In this document: positions 46,228-56,843 of the stretch, in pieces | Layout: each line of letters opens with the position of its first letter | How positions within the stretch are numbered: position 1 is the stretch's first letter | Assembly: GCA_965215195.1 (NCBI GenBank) | Contig: CBDCDC010000002.1 | Coordinates: 4,288,001-4,352,000, forward strand | Length of the DNA: 64,000 nt | Direction of reading: 5' to 3' | DNA from: Candidatus Latescibacterota bacterium | GTDB taxonomy: Bacteria > Latescibacterota > UBA2968 > UBA8231 | Position numbers and translations under genes: made by a program | The notes under the pieces: model-generated | What the model was told of the DNA's origin: nothing | Database searches by the model: none | Seen by the model: only the letters and a program-made list of their open reading frames with translations

Positions 46228-47167
46228 CACCGACTTGCAAAAGGCCATAGACGAGGGCGAGTTAGACGCCTTGGCGACCCTGCTGCGCCAGCACCCGCAC
46301 CTAATGCACCAGCGCGTCGAATGCGCAAACGGGCAGAGCTATACCCCCTTGCAATACGCCGACCGCATCGCCGCTAGCTTGGACGCCATGCGCCTGTTGG
46401 TCGAATTAGGTGCCGATTTGCGCGAATTGAACGGAGTGCTCTTTGGGTGTTGTGAGAACCATAATTTAGACCACATGCAGCGCCTGCTAAAGCTGGGCGT
46501 CCACCCGGACGACGCATACAATGAAGGCTGGGACTGCCGAGTCCTCTACGGGCTTTTGCAGACGTACCACCGCTCGCCCCCCGCCCATCTGCACGCCTGC
46601 GTCGAAGCGCTCATCAAAGCGGGAGCCGCCTTTGAGGACGGGCCGACGATGGATATCCACCGCGGCCGCCTCGACCAACTGGAGCAGTGCCTCGACCGCT
46701 GTCCCGACTTGGTGGAGACGCGCTTCTGGCTCGACTACGGCGACCATCTCACCCTGCGGGGTGCCACCCTCCTGCACGTGGCGGTCGAATATCACGAGCT
46801 AGAGGCCGTGCGCCTGCTGCTGAGGCGCGGTGCCGATTTGAATGCCCGCGCCGAAATCGGCCGCAACGGCGTGGGCGGCCAGACGCCCCTCTTTCACGCC
46901 ATTGGTGCCAACCAAGGAACGGGCTGGGAAACCTTCGAGTACCTGTTGGACAAGGGGGCGGACTTGACGGCCAAGGCACGCATCCAGCGCAACCCGGCGG
47001 CTGACGACAAAGTGATGGACTGCATTCACAAGGGGCAGGATCACTTTTTTCCCGAGGTCGAGGAACTCACGCCGCTGGGCTACGCCCGGCGCTGCGAATT
47101 CGGCCCGGCGTGGCGCTCCACACCGCGCGAAGTGGCCCGGCTGCGGGCACTGCATGCCCCGATGTAA
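46220..47167 (+). CDS. Ankyrin-repeat protein
   Basis: GATLLHVAVEY...LLRRGADLNA; GQTPLFHAI...LLDKGADL. Confidence 0.85.
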   Translation: MNSTDLQKAIDEGELDALATLLRQHPHLMHQRVECANGQSYTPLQYADRIAASLDAMRLLVELGADLRELNGVLFGCCENHNLDHMQRLLKLGVHPDDAYNEGWDCRVLYGLLQTYHRSPPAHLHACVEALIKAGAAFEDGPTMDIHRGRLDQLEQCLDRCPDLVETRFWLDYGDHLTLRGATLLHVAVEYHELEAVRLLLRRGADLNARAEIGRNGVGGQTPLFHAIGANQGTGWETFEYLLDKGADLTAKARIQRNPAADDKVMDCIHKGQDHFFPEVEELTPLGYARRCEFGPAWRSTPREVARLRALHAPM

Positions 47168-47256
47168 TCCGCGCCGCGCTTGGGTAGTTGCTCCTCCCGG
47201 CGATATGGTTTAATTTTTTTCCCTCGCAACACACCACTATCTAAGCAGCTTTTCCC

Positions 47257-48966
47257 GTGAATGTACCTCAACACGACATACTGATCGTCGGCGGCGGCGG
47301 CGCAGGTCTGCGGGCGGCGATTGCCGCTGTCGAGCTCGATCCAAACCTCAGCGTCGGCTTGGTGTCCAAAGTGTACCCTATGCGCAGCCACACGGTGTCA
47401 GCCGAGGGCGGCTCGGCCGCGGTGATACGCGATGACGACAGCTTCGACGGCCATGCCTTCGACACTATCAAGGGCAGCGACTTCCTCGCCGACCAAGACG
47501 TAGTCGAGATCTTTGTCAAGGAGGCCCGCGACGAGCTGATCCAATTGGAGCACTGGGGCTGCCCGTGGAGCCGCGACGACGACGGCCGGATCAGCGTACG
47601 CGCTTTCGGCGGCATGTCGGTCAAGCGCACCCTGTACGCGGCCGACAAGACCGGCTTCCACATGCTGCATGCCCTCTTCCAGACTTCGCTCAAATACGAC
47701 CGCATCCAGCGCTACGACGAGTGGTTCGGGACGCGACTGCTGCTCGACGACAACGGCGCGGCTTGCGGCGTGGCAGCGATCGACGTGCGCTCGGGGGCCA
47801 TGCAGGCGATCCCGGCCAAGGCCGTGATCATCTGCACGGGCGGCGGCGGGCGCATTTTTCCCTTTACGACCAATGCCGCCATCAAGACCGGCGACGGCAT
47901 GTCCATGGCCTACCGAGCGGGCTGCCCACTCAAGGACATGGAATTTGTGCAGTACCATCCCACCGGGCTGCCGGGCACGGGCATCCTGATGACCGAGGCA
48001 TCGCGCGGCGAGGGCGGCTACCTGATCAACAACAAGGGCGACCGCTACCTCAGCGAGTACCTGCCCGACAAGATGGAGCTAGGCCCGCGCGACATGGTTT
48101 CGCGGGCGTTTGTCCACGAGGAGCGAGCCGGTCGGGTCTTTTCCGGCCCGTACGGCACTTACGTCCATCTCGATTTGCGGCACTTGGGCGAAAAGAAAAT
48201 CGACGAGCGCATCCCCTTTGTGCGCGAGCTGACCAAAAATTACGTAGGCATCGATCCCGTGTACGAGCCGGTGCCCGTGCGCCCGGTGGTCCACTACATG
48301 ATGGGCGGCATTCACACTGACATTACTACGGCGACGCCGATTCCGGGCCTGTACGCGGCCGGCGAAACGGCCTGTGTCACCATCAACGGAGCCAATCGCC
48401 TCGGCTCCAACTCGCTGTCCGAGCTTTTGGTCTTCGGCGCTCGGGCCGGCCAGTATGCGGCCGAGTACGCCGCGGAAGCCAAGACACCGCCGTACAGCAG
48501 CTTGGAGCAGATGGCGGCCGATGAGTGGCAGCGGATTGAGAATGCGTTTTTCAAAAACAAAGGCAGCGAGCGAATCGCCGACATTCGCACGGATCTGCAA
48601 AAGACGATGGAGCAAGGGGTGGGCATCTATCGCGAACAGGAGAGCCTAGCGGCGACCTGCGCCGAGCTGCCCAAGCTCAAGGAACGCTATACTCGGGTCC
48701 AGCTCGACGACAGCTCAGCGGTCTTCAACACCGAACTGACCGCCGCTTTGGAACTGGGCTCGCTGCTCGACGTGGCCGAGACCGTAGCCCATGCGGCCCT
48801 TTTGCGCCGGGAGTCGCGCGGCTCGCATTCGCGCATGGACTACGAGGAGCGCGACGACGACAACTTCCTCAGCCACTCCTTGGCGTACCGCACCGATGGC
48901 GAGCCGCGCATCGAATACCAAGACGTCGTCATCACTCGCTGGCAGCCCCAAGAGCGCACCTACTGA
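47257..48966 (+). CDS. frdA: Fumarate reductase/succinate dehydrogenase flavoprotein subunit
   Basis: [52 protein letters not shown]. Confidence 0.95.
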   Translation: MNVPQHDILIVGGGGAGLRAAIAAVELDPNLSVGLVSKVYPMRSHTVSAEGGSAAVIRDDDSFDGHAFDTIKGSDFLADQDVVEIFVKEARDELIQLEHWGCPWSRDDDGRISVRAFGGMSVKRTLYAADKTGFHMLHALFQTSLKYDRIQRYDEWFGTRLLLDDNGAACGVAAIDVRSGAMQAIPAKAVIICTGGGGRIFPFTTNAAIKTGDGMSMAYRAGCPLKDMEFVQYHPTGLPGTGILMTEASRGEGGYLINNKGDRYLSEYLPDKMELGPRDMVSRAFVHEERAGRVFSGPYGTYVHLDLRHLGEKKIDERIPFVRELTKNYVGIDPVYEPVPVRPVVHYMMGGIHTDITTATPIPGLYAAGETACVTINGANRLGSNSLSELLVFGARAGQYAAEYAAEAKTPPYSSLEQMAADEWQRIENAFFKNKGSERIADIRTDLQKTMEQGVGIYREQESLAATCAELPKLKERYTRVQLDDSSAVFNTELTAALELGSLLDVAETVAHAALLRRESRGSHSRMDYEERDDDNFLSHSLAYRTDGEPRIEYQDVVITRWQPQERTY

Positions 48967-48978
48967 TTGAGAGGAGCT

Positions 48979-49725
48979 ATGAGCGACAAGACCATTGGCA
49001 TCCGGGTGACCCGCTTCCGGCCTGAGCAGGAGGACGCCCCCACCGAGCAGGTTTACGAGGTTCCCTATCAGGAGGACTGGGTCGTCCTCGACGCGCTCAA
49101 CTACATCAAAGACTACATCGACGGCACCCTCTCGTACCGCTGGTCGTGCCGCATGGGCGTGTGCGGGTCTTGCGGCATGATGGTCAACGGCGAGCCTAAG
49201 TTGACCTGCGCGGCCTTCCTCAAGGACTACTACCCGAATGAGCTGGTGGTCCAGCCTCTCGCCCACTTCCCAATCGTTCGCGACTTGGTCGTCGATGTAG
49301 AAGACTTCATGGCCAAGCTCAAGGCGGTCCAGCCGTGGATCATTCGCGCAGAAGAAAAGCCGGTTGCCGAAGGCGAGTACTTGCAGTCGCCCGCGGAGCT
49401 AAAGGAGTTCAAGCAGTTCAGTCAGTGCATCAACTGCCTGCTGTGCTACGCGGCCTGTCCCGTCTATGGGCTGGAAGACGTCTTCGTTGGCCCGGCGGCC
49501 CTCGCGCTTTCCTACCGCTACAACCTCGACTCGCGCGACGAAGGCTACGCCCAGCGCACGGTCGTCGCCGCTAGCAGTGAGGGCATCTGGGAATGTACCT
49601 TTATCGGTGAATGCTCGGTGGTCTGTCCCAAGGACGTGGACCCGGCCGCCGCCATCCAGCGCACCAAGCTCGAGACCACGACTAACTGGTTCAAATCCTT
49701 TCTCATGCCTTGGGGGAACAAATGA
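48979..49725 (+). CDS. frdB: Fumarate reductase iron-sulfur subunit
   Basis: [35 protein letters not shown]. Confidence 0.95.
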   Translation: MSDKTIGIRVTRFRPEQEDAPTEQVYEVPYQEDWVVLDALNYIKDYIDGTLSYRWSCRMGVCGSCGMMVNGEPKLTCAAFLKDYYPNELVVQPLAHFPIVRDLVVDVEDFMAKLKAVQPWIIRAEEKPVAEGEYLQSPAELKEFKQFSQCINCLLCYAACPVYGLEDVFVGPAALALSYRYNLDSRDEGYAQRTVVAASSEGIWECTFIGECSVVCPKDVDPAAAIQRTKLETTTNWFKSFLMPWGNK

Positions 49726-50126
49726 GCCAGTCGTACAAAACCTACAAGCCAAAGCTATCTCCAGCTTGGTGGCTGAAGAGCCGTCGCTACTTCCTGTTTA
49801 TGATGCGAGAATTGAGCAGCGTCTTCATCGCCGCCTTCGTCCTCCTCTTCCTCTACCAGCTCTTTGCGCTGGCCAAGGGGCCGGAAGCGTATGCGGCTTG
49901 CCGCTCTGCACTGGCGAGGCCGGCGTTTGTGGTCTTTTACGCGGTTGCGTTTGTCTTTGCGCTCTACCACACGATCACTTGGCTGGGGGTAATGGGTCGG
50001 GTCCAAGTCGTGCGGATGGGCACATTTACCGTGCCGCCCAAATTGGTAACGGCTGGTGCCTTCGTCGGGTTTTTCTTAGTGTCGGCGGCCGTTGGCTACA
50101 TTTTCCTGTACGCGCTAGCGCCATGA
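49722..50126 (+). CDS. frdC: Fumarate reductase subunit C
   Basis: WWLK...[21 protein letters not shown]; three TM segments. Confidence 0.88.
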   Translation: MSQSYKTYKPKLSPAWWLKSRRYFLFMMRELSSVFIAAFVLLFLYQLFALAKGPEAYAACRSALARPAFVVFYAVAFVFALYHTITWLGVMGRVQVVRMGTFTVPPKLVTAGAFVGFFLVSAAVGYIFLYALAP

Positions 50127-50485
50127 GCTACAAACAAGACAAAACCGAACCTTTCTGGTGGAGCCTGTTTTCCGCTGGCGGCGTGGTAGCCGCCATGCTA
50201 ATCCCGGTGCTGATCTACTTCGCCGGGCTGGCCGAGCCGCTGGGCTTGATAGGCGCGGAGGCGAGCCGATACGAGGCCATGCGCGAGTTGCTCAGCTACC
50301 CTCTGGCCAAAGTGTTCTTTTTCGTCGTGGCCGTCCTACCGCTCTACCACGCGGCGCACCGCATCCGCTTCATGCTCCACGAGTTCGGGGTGCGGAAGCT
50401 GATCCTTCCCATTCACTACTTCTGCTACGGCGGTGCCGTAGTCGGCACTGGGCTGGCGGCCTATATCTTCTTCCATCTGCTCTAA
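50123..50485 (+). CDS. frdD: Fumarate reductase subunit D
   Basis: EPFWWSLFSAGGVVAAMLIP, LPLYHAAHRIR, CYG. Confidence 0.88.
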   Translation: MSYKQDKTEPFWWSLFSAGGVVAAMLIPVLIYFAGLAEPLGLIGAEASRYEAMRELLSYPLAKVFFFVVAVLPLYHAAHRIRFMLHEFGVRKLILPIHYFCYGGAVVGTGLAAYIFFHLL

Positions 50486-50617
50486 CTGGACGTGGTCGGG
50501 CAGGTCGTCGCGCAAAACAAGGCCGTGTGCGGATTCGTTGGAGGAGACGATCGCGCGTTTTGTGCGCTTGGCGGCCTCTTAGGCAGTTTCACTAAAGCAA
50601 GGAAAGGAAGAACGTCG

Positions 50618-51040
50618 ATGCCTGTGGGAGACAAAAACGCTATAATCGCCGGTTGTGGGATGCACCACGTGGCCGTGCAGACGCGCGATTGGGAAACGTC
50701 GCTGTGCTTTTACCGAGATGTGCTGGGTATGGAGATCGTCGCCGAATTTGGTTCGCCCGAGCGCAAGATCGCGCTCTTGGACGCGGGTGACGGAAGTCAC
50801 CTCGAACTCTTCGCCCCCACGGCCGAGTCCCCCGCACCTAAAGCCGAAAGCCCCAACGATCCGGTGACGCATTTTGCCTTGGCGGTTACAGACGCACGCG
50901 CCGCCACGGAGCGGGTGCGAGCGGCCGGATGCGAGATCTCGGTCGAACCCAAGGATCTGACGCTGGACAGGCTGAACGTGACGATCGCCTTTTTCAAAGG
51001 CCCCAACGGCGAAGTCGTGGAGTTTTTCCAGACTCACTAG
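50618..51040 (+). CDS. VOC/glyoxalase family protein
   Basis: MHHVAV, FYRDVLG, HFALAV, FFKGPNGEVVE. Confidence 0.9.
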   Translation: MPVGDKNAIIAGCGMHHVAVQTRDWETSLCFYRDVLGMEIVAEFGSPERKIALLDAGDGSHLELFAPTAESPAPKAESPNDPVTHFALAVTDARAATERVRAAGCEISVEPKDLTLDRLNVTIAFFKGPNGEVVEFFQTH

Positions 51041-51054
51041 GCCGAGTCGGCATA

Positions 51055-51088
51055 AAAAAGCGCGGGTGCCCCAAGGCCCCGCGCTTCT
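51055..51088. terminator. Terminator between convergent VOC and cold-shock genes
   Basis: aaaaaagcgcggg...cccgcgctt. Confidence 0.7.
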
Positions 51089-51104
51089 CGTGTTTGTGTA
51101 GGGA

Positions 51105-51344
51105 TTATTGCGGAGTTTCGGTTTCAGGGGCCGCGCCGATGACAACCACGTCTCGGGCTTGGAGGCCCTTGGGGCTAGCGACCGTTTCAAATTCCACCCG
51201 CTGACCTTCCTCTAGGGAGCGGAAACCATCGCCGCGAATCGCGCTGTAATGGACGAAGACGTCGTCTTGTCCCTCGCGCTGAATAAAACCAAACCCCTTG
51301 GAACTATCGAACCATTTGACGGATCCACTTTGACGTTCAGACAT
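51105..51344 (-). CDS. Cold-shock domain protein
   Basis: [35 protein letters not shown]. Confidence 0.95.
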   Translation of the reverse strand: MSERQSGSVKWFDSSKGFGFIQREGQDDVFVHYSAIRGDGFRSLEEGQRVEFETVASPKGLQARDVVVIGAAPETETPQ

Positions 51345-51443
51345 GATGAAGGTTACCTCCCTTCGATTGCTAATGGCATTAAGCTGAGTGTTCCAAGCTG
51401 GGCTTAAGGACGCCGACCAACAGGGTCGGCTTACAAAAGAAAC

Positions 51444-51737
51444 CTAGCGCGAGCTACGTCCACCGGCCCCGCGTCCACCGGCTCCGCGCCCACCGACCCC
51501 GCGCCCACTGGCCCCGTGCGCACCGCGGACGAAGCCGACCTCGGCCATGCGAATGGCCTTCTGCTGCCGGCGGATGCTCTTTTGGCGATTGATCTTCTTC
51601 TGGACCGAGGGTTTAGTATAGAAACGCCGCTTCTTCAAGTCGCGCAATAAGCCGGCTTTGCGGGTTTTGGACGTAAAGCGCCGCAGCGCCTTTTCAAAGG
51701 GTTCGTCCGATCTGACCTCAACGCTAAAATTGCTCAT
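51444..51737 (-). CDS. rpsU: 30S ribosomal protein S21 with RGG-rich tail
   Basis: VEVRSDEPFEKALRRF...GLLRDLKKRRFYTKPS. Confidence 0.9.
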   Translation of the reverse strand: MSNFSVEVRSDEPFEKALRRFTSKTRKAGLLRDLKKRRFYTKPSVQKKINRQKSIRRQQKAIRMAEVGFVRGAHGASGRGVGGRGAGGRGAGGRSSR

Positions 51738-51786
51738 GTGCTGCTCCTAACCCTTGGCTTTTCAGTCTCTACATGAAGAAAATATA

Positions 51787-51815
51787 ATTTTACGCTATGG
51801 GTTGCTCTTAGTCAA
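51787..51815 (-). promoter_or_regulatory. Sigma70-type promoter of rpsU
   Basis: TTGACT-17 nt-TAAAAT on minus strand. Confidence 0.65.
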
Positions 51816-51980
51816 GAGCCGTCTTGGCGGCAGTGCTGACCCAAGGTAAGGGGGCGATAAAAGTAGTTGCGATTTTGGACGGATGGCCTTTTTTTGTAAA
51901 AAGACTCCCCTACTCAGAGAGAAGTCGTGCGTCGCCGTTCGACTTCTATGCTTCCTCTATATTGCACGTAAGGAGATGCC

Positions 51981-52178
51981 ATGGTTTTTTCGCATACGAA
52001 TTCCAAGGGGGTCGCGTATATTCTGCATTCCCGGACCACGACCCTCAAAAACGGGAACTCGCAGACGATTTACTTCTTTTCCAAAACTGAGAAGGAAGGT
52101 GCTCTCGACGCGGTGCCGGATGGCTATGAGGTGTCTGAGAGCAAAAACGGCCTACCAGTGCTAAAGCGCAGCAAGTAG
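51981..52178 (+). CDS. Small hypothetical protein (65 aa)
   Basis: TAAGGAG SD; HTNSKG..YILH, QTIYFFSK, PDGYEVSE..NGLPVLK; own terminator. Confidence 0.8.
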   Translation: MVFSHTNSKGVAYILHSRTTTLKNGNSQTIYFFSKTEKEGALDAVPDGYEVSESKNGLPVLKRSK

Positions 52179-52201
52179 GTTGCCTCGGCTGCGCCTCGTT
52201 C

Positions 52202-52255
52202 AGGCCGGTTCCTTTTCTCGGTATTCCCCATCGAGAAAAGGAACCGGCCTTTTTT
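52202..52255 (+). terminator. Intrinsic terminator
   Basis: aggccggttccttttctcg...cgagaaaaggaaccggcct then T-tract. Confidence 0.85.
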
Positions 52256-52317
52256 GTGCCAAAAAGCGGGTGCTGTCGCGCTTTTGCCGAGTGCAGCGTT
52301 GTCCTATACTATGGGGC

Positions 52318-53034
52318 ATGGTGCCAAAAACGGTAAGAGAACAGGCTGCGGCCAACTTGCAGCAACGGCTAGCCGAAAACCCCTATGTAGGCCGCGGCAT
52401 TGTCATTGGCCGGGCCGCGGAGGGGGCTTGGATGCAGGTTTACTGGATCGCGGGGCGCAGTGCCAACAGCCGCAACCGCATCTTCGTGGCCGCGGGCGAC
52501 GTGCTGCGGACCGAAGCGGCCGATCCCGCGCAGTTGAGCGACCCCACGCTCATCATTTACAACGCCATGCGAGTTTGCGCCCGACGCAGCATTGTCTCCA
52601 ATGGGGTCCATACCGACGCCATATACGAGGGTTTTGCGGCCGGCCGCAGTTTTGCCGAGAGCTTGGCTGGCTGGCTACACGAGCCGGATCCGCCCAATTA
52701 CACGCCGCGCATAGCGGGCTATGTCGATTTGGAGGCCGATGAAGCTTGGCTCGCCATACTCAAGGCCAGCCCCTTTGACCCCGAGCGCAGCGAACGCCAT
52801 TTCTTCCGCTTCGACTGGGTCGAGCCGGGCTATGGCTATGCCATTACCACGTACGACTCAGATGGCGACCCGCTGCCCTCGTTTTCTGGAGTTCCCTACC
52901 TGTTACCCCTCGCCGACGCACCCGCCCGCCTCTGGGAAGCCCTAAATTCCGAGCATCGGATCGCGCTTGCAGTGCGCCGCATTGCCGCCGGCGCAGTCGA
53001 AACCAAGATCATCAACCGCTATGAGGCGGTCTAG
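52318..53034 (+). CDS. purO: PurO-like (archaeal-type) IMP cyclohydrolase
   Basis: YVGRGIVIG, YWIAGRSANSRNR, IIYNA, IVSNGVHTD, EPDPPNYTPRIAG. Confidence 0.8.
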   Translation: MVPKTVREQAAANLQQRLAENPYVGRGIVIGRAAEGAWMQVYWIAGRSANSRNRIFVAAGDVLRTEAADPAQLSDPTLIIYNAMRVCARRSIVSNGVHTDAIYEGFAAGRSFAESLAGWLHEPDPPNYTPRIAGYVDLEADEAWLAILKASPFDPERSERHFFRFDWVEPGYGYAITTYDSDGDPLPSFSGVPYLLPLADAPARLWEALNSEHRIALAVRRIAAGAVETKIINRYEAV

Positions 53035-54035
53035 CCTCTGGACGCACGGTGGCAAAGGAAAAGCGCGGCCGCGAACAGGGCCACGGCCATTGCCTGATGC
53101 AGTGAGGCCAAGGCCAAGGGCACGTGCGCGACGACCGTGCCGATCCCCAAGCCGATCTGAATCACTACCAAGCAGAGGATTAGGCCGGCCCCAGTTTTCA
53201 GGGCCGTGCGGTGTGCAGCTACCCACAGGGCTAGTGCCAGCCCAAGGACCGCAAAGGCGAAGAAGCGGTGTTGGAAGTGGACGGTAGTGGGGTTGTCGAG
53301 CAGGTTTACGAGCGGCGGCTGCATAGACCCCAAGCCGGTCGGCACCCAAACCCCGAACATCTTGGGAAAGGTATCCGACAGGTAGCCGGCCTTGAGCCCG
53401 GCCACTAGGCCACCAGCGGCGATCTGGAGGCAGACAGCGGCAAACAGCCCAGCGCAAAGGCGGCGCGCGGTGCGGGGCACCGGCCGCGCCTCGGCCGCAG
53501 ACGACAGATAGCCGAGGGCCTGCCAGAGGCAAGCGGCCAAAAGGGCCAGAGCGCAACAAAGGTGCAAGGTCAAGCGCAGGTGACTTACTTGAGGCCGGTC
53601 GCCTAGGCCGCTTTTGACCATCAGCCAGCCCACTAAGCCCTGAAGGGCGAAAAGCAGGCCAATGCCCAGATAGGCCGGTATGTGGACGCGGGGAATGGCT
53701 CGCCGGCAGAGGAAATAGAGCAGGGGCACCACAAAGAGCAACCCGGCCAGCCGGCCGAGCAAGCGGTGGCCGAACTCCATGTAGTAGATAAACTTGAATT
53801 CGTCCAGCCCCATCCCATAGTTGACGAGCCGGTATTCGGGCGTCTGTTGGTACTTGGCGAATTCGCTTTCCCAGGCCGCAGCACTTAACGGCGGAACGAC
53901 GCCGGTGACGACGTTCCACTCGACGATGGATAGGCCCGAGCGGGTCAGGCGCACCCAGCCTCCGTACACCACGAGAACGACGATGAGGGCCGAGACAGCG
54001 AGGAGCCAAGCGGCGATTTGGCGATTAGTGATCAT
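53031..54035 (-). CDS. ctaA: Heme A synthase (COX15/CtaA)
   Basis: GGWVRLTRSGLSIVEW, EFGHRLLGR, QGLVGWLMVKSGL, RLTLH, HFQHR, LHQ. Confidence 0.93.
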   Translation of the reverse strand: MITNRQIAAWLLAVSALIVVLVVYGGWVRLTRSGLSIVEWNVVTGVVPPLSAAAWESEFAKYQQTPEYRLVNYGMGLDEFKFIYYMEFGHRLLGRLAGLLFVVPLLYFLCRRAIPRVHIPAYLGIGLLFALQGLVGWLMVKSGLGDRPQVSHLRLTLHLCCALALLAACLWQALGYLSSAAEARPVPRTARRLCAGLFAAVCLQIAAGGLVAGLKAGYLSDTFPKMFGVWVPTGLGSMQPPLVNLLDNPTTVHFQHRFFAFAVLGLALALWVAAHRTALKTGAGLILCLVVIQIGLGIGTVVAHVPLALASLHQAMAVALFAAALFLCHRASRG

Positions 54036-54131
54036 CTGGCGGAATTTGAACAAATTACTCGTAGAAAATACCCCATGGCGATATATCGGCAACTTTTGCC
54101 GCGTCGCCGCACGCAATAGAGGGAGGTAAGC

Positions 54132-54872
54132 GTGAAACTGGCAAACAAAGATGCGTTGGTAACGGGCGGAGCTACCGGCATTGGCCGGGCCACGGCCGTG
54201 CTCTTCGCCCGAGAAGGAGCGCGCGTCCACATCGCGGATTACAACGCGGCCGAGGGCCAAGCCGCCGTGGCGCAGATCGAGGCCGCCGGGGGCCAAGCGC
54301 ATTTCTACGCCACGGACGTGCGCTTGGAAGAGAGCGTGGCCGCGTCGGTCGCGCAAATCAGAGAGCACACCGCCCGCCTCGATGTGGCGGTTTTCGCGGC
54401 CGGAGTCTTGACGGGGGCGTACAAGACCATTGAGGAGCTGTCCGAGGAGGATTGGGACGCGACGCTCGACACCAACCTGAAGGGCACCTTCCTCTCGGCC
54501 AAATACGCGACGCCGCTCTTGGCGGCAGCCGGCAAGTCCGTACTGCTGATCATCGCCTCGGGAGCCGGGGTGCGGGGCGGCTCCTCGTCCTATGCCTATG
54601 CAGCGAGCAAGGCTGGGCAGCACGGTTTGCACTACAAGCTGGAAGGTGAGCTAGGGTCTAAGGGGGTGCGCTTGCACGTGATTTGCCCCGGGGGGATTGC
54701 AACGCCCCTGAAGCTGGAGAATATAGCGCAGGCGGCAGAGGCCACAGGCCGCGATCCAGAGGAAGCAAAGCGGAACGCCGTGCTGGGGGATCCAATGGGG
54801 GTGGCGCGGGTCTTGGCGTTTTTGGCTTCCGAGGAAGGGTCTTACGTGCGGGGGACGGTGTTCACTCGGTAG
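54132..54872 (+). CDS. SDR family oxidoreductase
   Basis: TGGATGIG, NLKGTF, YAASK. Confidence 0.9.
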   Translation: MKLANKDALVTGGATGIGRATAVLFAREGARVHIADYNAAEGQAAVAQIEAAGGQAHFYATDVRLEESVAASVAQIREHTARLDVAVFAAGVLTGAYKTIEELSEEDWDATLDTNLKGTFLSAKYATPLLAAAGKSVLLIIASGAGVRGGSSSYAYAASKAGQHGLHYKLEGELGSKGVRLHVICPGGIATPLKLENIAQAAEATGRDPEEAKRNAVLGDPMGVARVLAFLASEEGSYVRGTVFTR

Positions 54873-54874
54873 CG

Positions 54875-55714
54875 TTAGGCGCGCTCCCAACGGCTGGGAT
54901 CCATGCCCAGCGCCTCGGAGGCCATATTCGGAGGCTTGTTGCCGCCGTGGTAGTCCCAGTGGCGGGTGTTGCGGTCGGCGAAGAGCGGGCGGATTTCGTC
55001 GGGCAAGGTCTGGAGGTCTTCTTCGCTCCAAGGGCTGATCTCGTCAACTGGCCCGGCCCAAGCGGGTCGGTAGGCGATGGCCAGCATTTCGCGCGGGTAG
55101 GTGCCGACATTGGGGAAGTTGCCGTGGAAGACGCGGTGGTGAATGAGCACGGCAGAACCGGCCTTGCAGGGAACCATGACTTCTTCGGGGTGGGATTTGT
55201 AGCGCGTATAGGGGTTGGCGTGGGCGTGCAGGCACAGGTGCGAGCGCGGCACCACGCGGAAAGGCGAGACTTCTGGGATGAGGTCGTCGAGATAGTAGAG
55301 CACTCGTATCAACACCGGGCAAGAGCCTTCAAAGCCGAAAATTTTGGAGCCGTAGGGTTGGCCATCGGCGTGGAGGCTGATGCCGGGGTGGCCGGGTTCG
55401 GAGCGCGCATAGCCGTAGTGCATGAAGATCACTTCGTCGCCCAACAGTTCGCGCAGAAACGCGAGCGTCGGCGGGTGGCCGAGCAGGGCGGTGATTTCGC
55501 CGCCGTCGAATTGGATGTTGCTGCGGCCGCGCTGGCGTTCGCTGTAATCGACGGCTTTGGTCTCAAAAGTAGCGGTGATGGCTTTGAGACGGGCGACGTG
55601 GTCGGCGTTGAGCAGGTCGGGCAAGACGAGGTAGCCCTCGACTTCGAGTTGGCGGATGCGCTGGCCAGTGGTGAAGGCCGACCAGTCGCGGTCGTCAATG
55701 CGGGGTGTGGCCAT
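54875..55714 (-). CDS. Phytanoyl-CoA dioxygenase (PhyH) family Fe(II)/2OG oxygenase
   Basis: EGYLVLPDLL, LHADG (HxD), YYLDD, VVPRSH, FHG...R. Confidence 0.85.
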   Translation of the reverse strand: MATPRIDDRDWSAFTTGQRIRQLEVEGYLVLPDLLNADHVARLKAITATFETKAVDYSERQRGRSNIQFDGGEITALLGHPPTLAFLRELLGDEVIFMHYGYARSEPGHPGISLHADGQPYGSKIFGFEGSCPVLIRVLYYLDDLIPEVSPFRVVPRSHLCLHAHANPYTRYKSHPEEVMVPCKAGSAVLIHHRVFHGNFPNVGTYPREMLAIAYRPAWAGPVDEISPWSEEDLQTLPDEIRPLFADRNTRHWDYHGGNKPPNMASEALGMDPSRWERA

Positions 55715-55889
55715 GGTGGTCCTCCTTGTGTAAGGGGTATCGCCGAAAGGATACGGCATTGAGCAGCCGCAATCAACGGCGGCGAGTTGCACGAGACAGA
55801 TCGCTATGCCGGTCTGAAGTGATTCTGTGATGCTTGCATAGAAAGCGTATATTCGACCGACTTAAGACGGAAGGAGATTATTCAAAATC

Positions 55890-56804
55890 ATGCCTGTTCC
55901 AAATAAGAAAGAACTGTGTCGGCCAATTCTCGAAATAGCGGATGGCGCACAAGAAGACGTAGTCCCCAAGCAGTATATCAGGGAGAAGGTTATCGAACGT
56001 TTCTCACTGACGAATGATGATATACTAGAGAAGACCTCGTCGGGAGGAGGAACGAGGTTGGAAATTCGCGTTTCTTGGGCACTCTTCGAGTTAAAAAAAG
56101 CTGGTTTTTTGCAGTCTCCTTCGCGTGGGCACTTCCAAATCACCCCGCAGGGGAAAGAACTGCTCGCAACGGGCGATGATCTTCTTTCATTGCGATGGAA
56201 AGACTTAGATGCAGTGCGGCAGGGTGGAGGTGAGGCAGACGCGCCTGACACCGCTGTCAACGATGACGTCGGCAGCGACTCTGAGGATAGTACGCCCGAT
56301 GAGCAAATTGCGGCGCTTTATCGGGAATTGAGTGACAGACTTGCCGACGAGCTATTGGAGCGGGTGAAAAGGGTATCGCCCGCCGATTTTGAACGATTGG
56401 TAGTCCGTTTGCTCGAGAAAATGGGCTATGGCCAAGGTCAGACCGTTGGAGGCAGCGGCGATGGCGGCATAGACGGCATCATCGATCAGGATGCCTTGGG
56501 GCTTGAGAAGGTGTACATCCAAGCGAAACGCTGGCAAAATCCGGTTGGCGAACCTGAGATTCGCAACTTCTCCGGTAGCCTTGACGGAGAGGGAGCAAAC
56601 AAGGGCGTATTTATCACGTCATCAACTTTCAGTTCGCCGGCTCGAGAAAGAGCGAAAGCCATCTCGCAGGGCAATAAGTTTATCCGGTTAATAGACGGTG
56701 AGGAGCTGGCCCGTCTGATGATAAATCACGGCGTCGGCGTGGTCTCCGAAATCACATACGACGTAAAAAAGTTGGACGAAAACTACTTTGCCGAGGATTT
56801 GTAA
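55890..56804 (+). CDS. mrr: Mrr-family (type IV) restriction endonuclease
   Basis: N-terminal wHTH RVSWALFELKKAG...RGHFQIT; FERLVVRLLEKMGYG, DGGIDGII, YIQAKRW, GVFITSSTFS, LIDGEELA. Confidence 0.92.
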   Translation: MPVPNKKELCRPILEIADGAQEDVVPKQYIREKVIERFSLTNDDILEKTSSGGGTRLEIRVSWALFELKKAGFLQSPSRGHFQITPQGKELLATGDDLLSLRWKDLDAVRQGGGEADAPDTAVNDDVGSDSEDSTPDEQIAALYRELSDRLADELLERVKRVSPADFERLVVRLLEKMGYGQGQTVGGSGDGGIDGIIDQDALGLEKVYIQAKRWQNPVGEPEIRNFSGSLDGEGANKGVFITSSTFSSPARERAKAISQGNKFIRLIDGEELARLMINHGVGVVSEITYDVKKLDENYFAEDL

Positions 56805-56843
56805 CGGCGAAGCAGTAGAGTTTTCACAGAAATTATAGCATCC

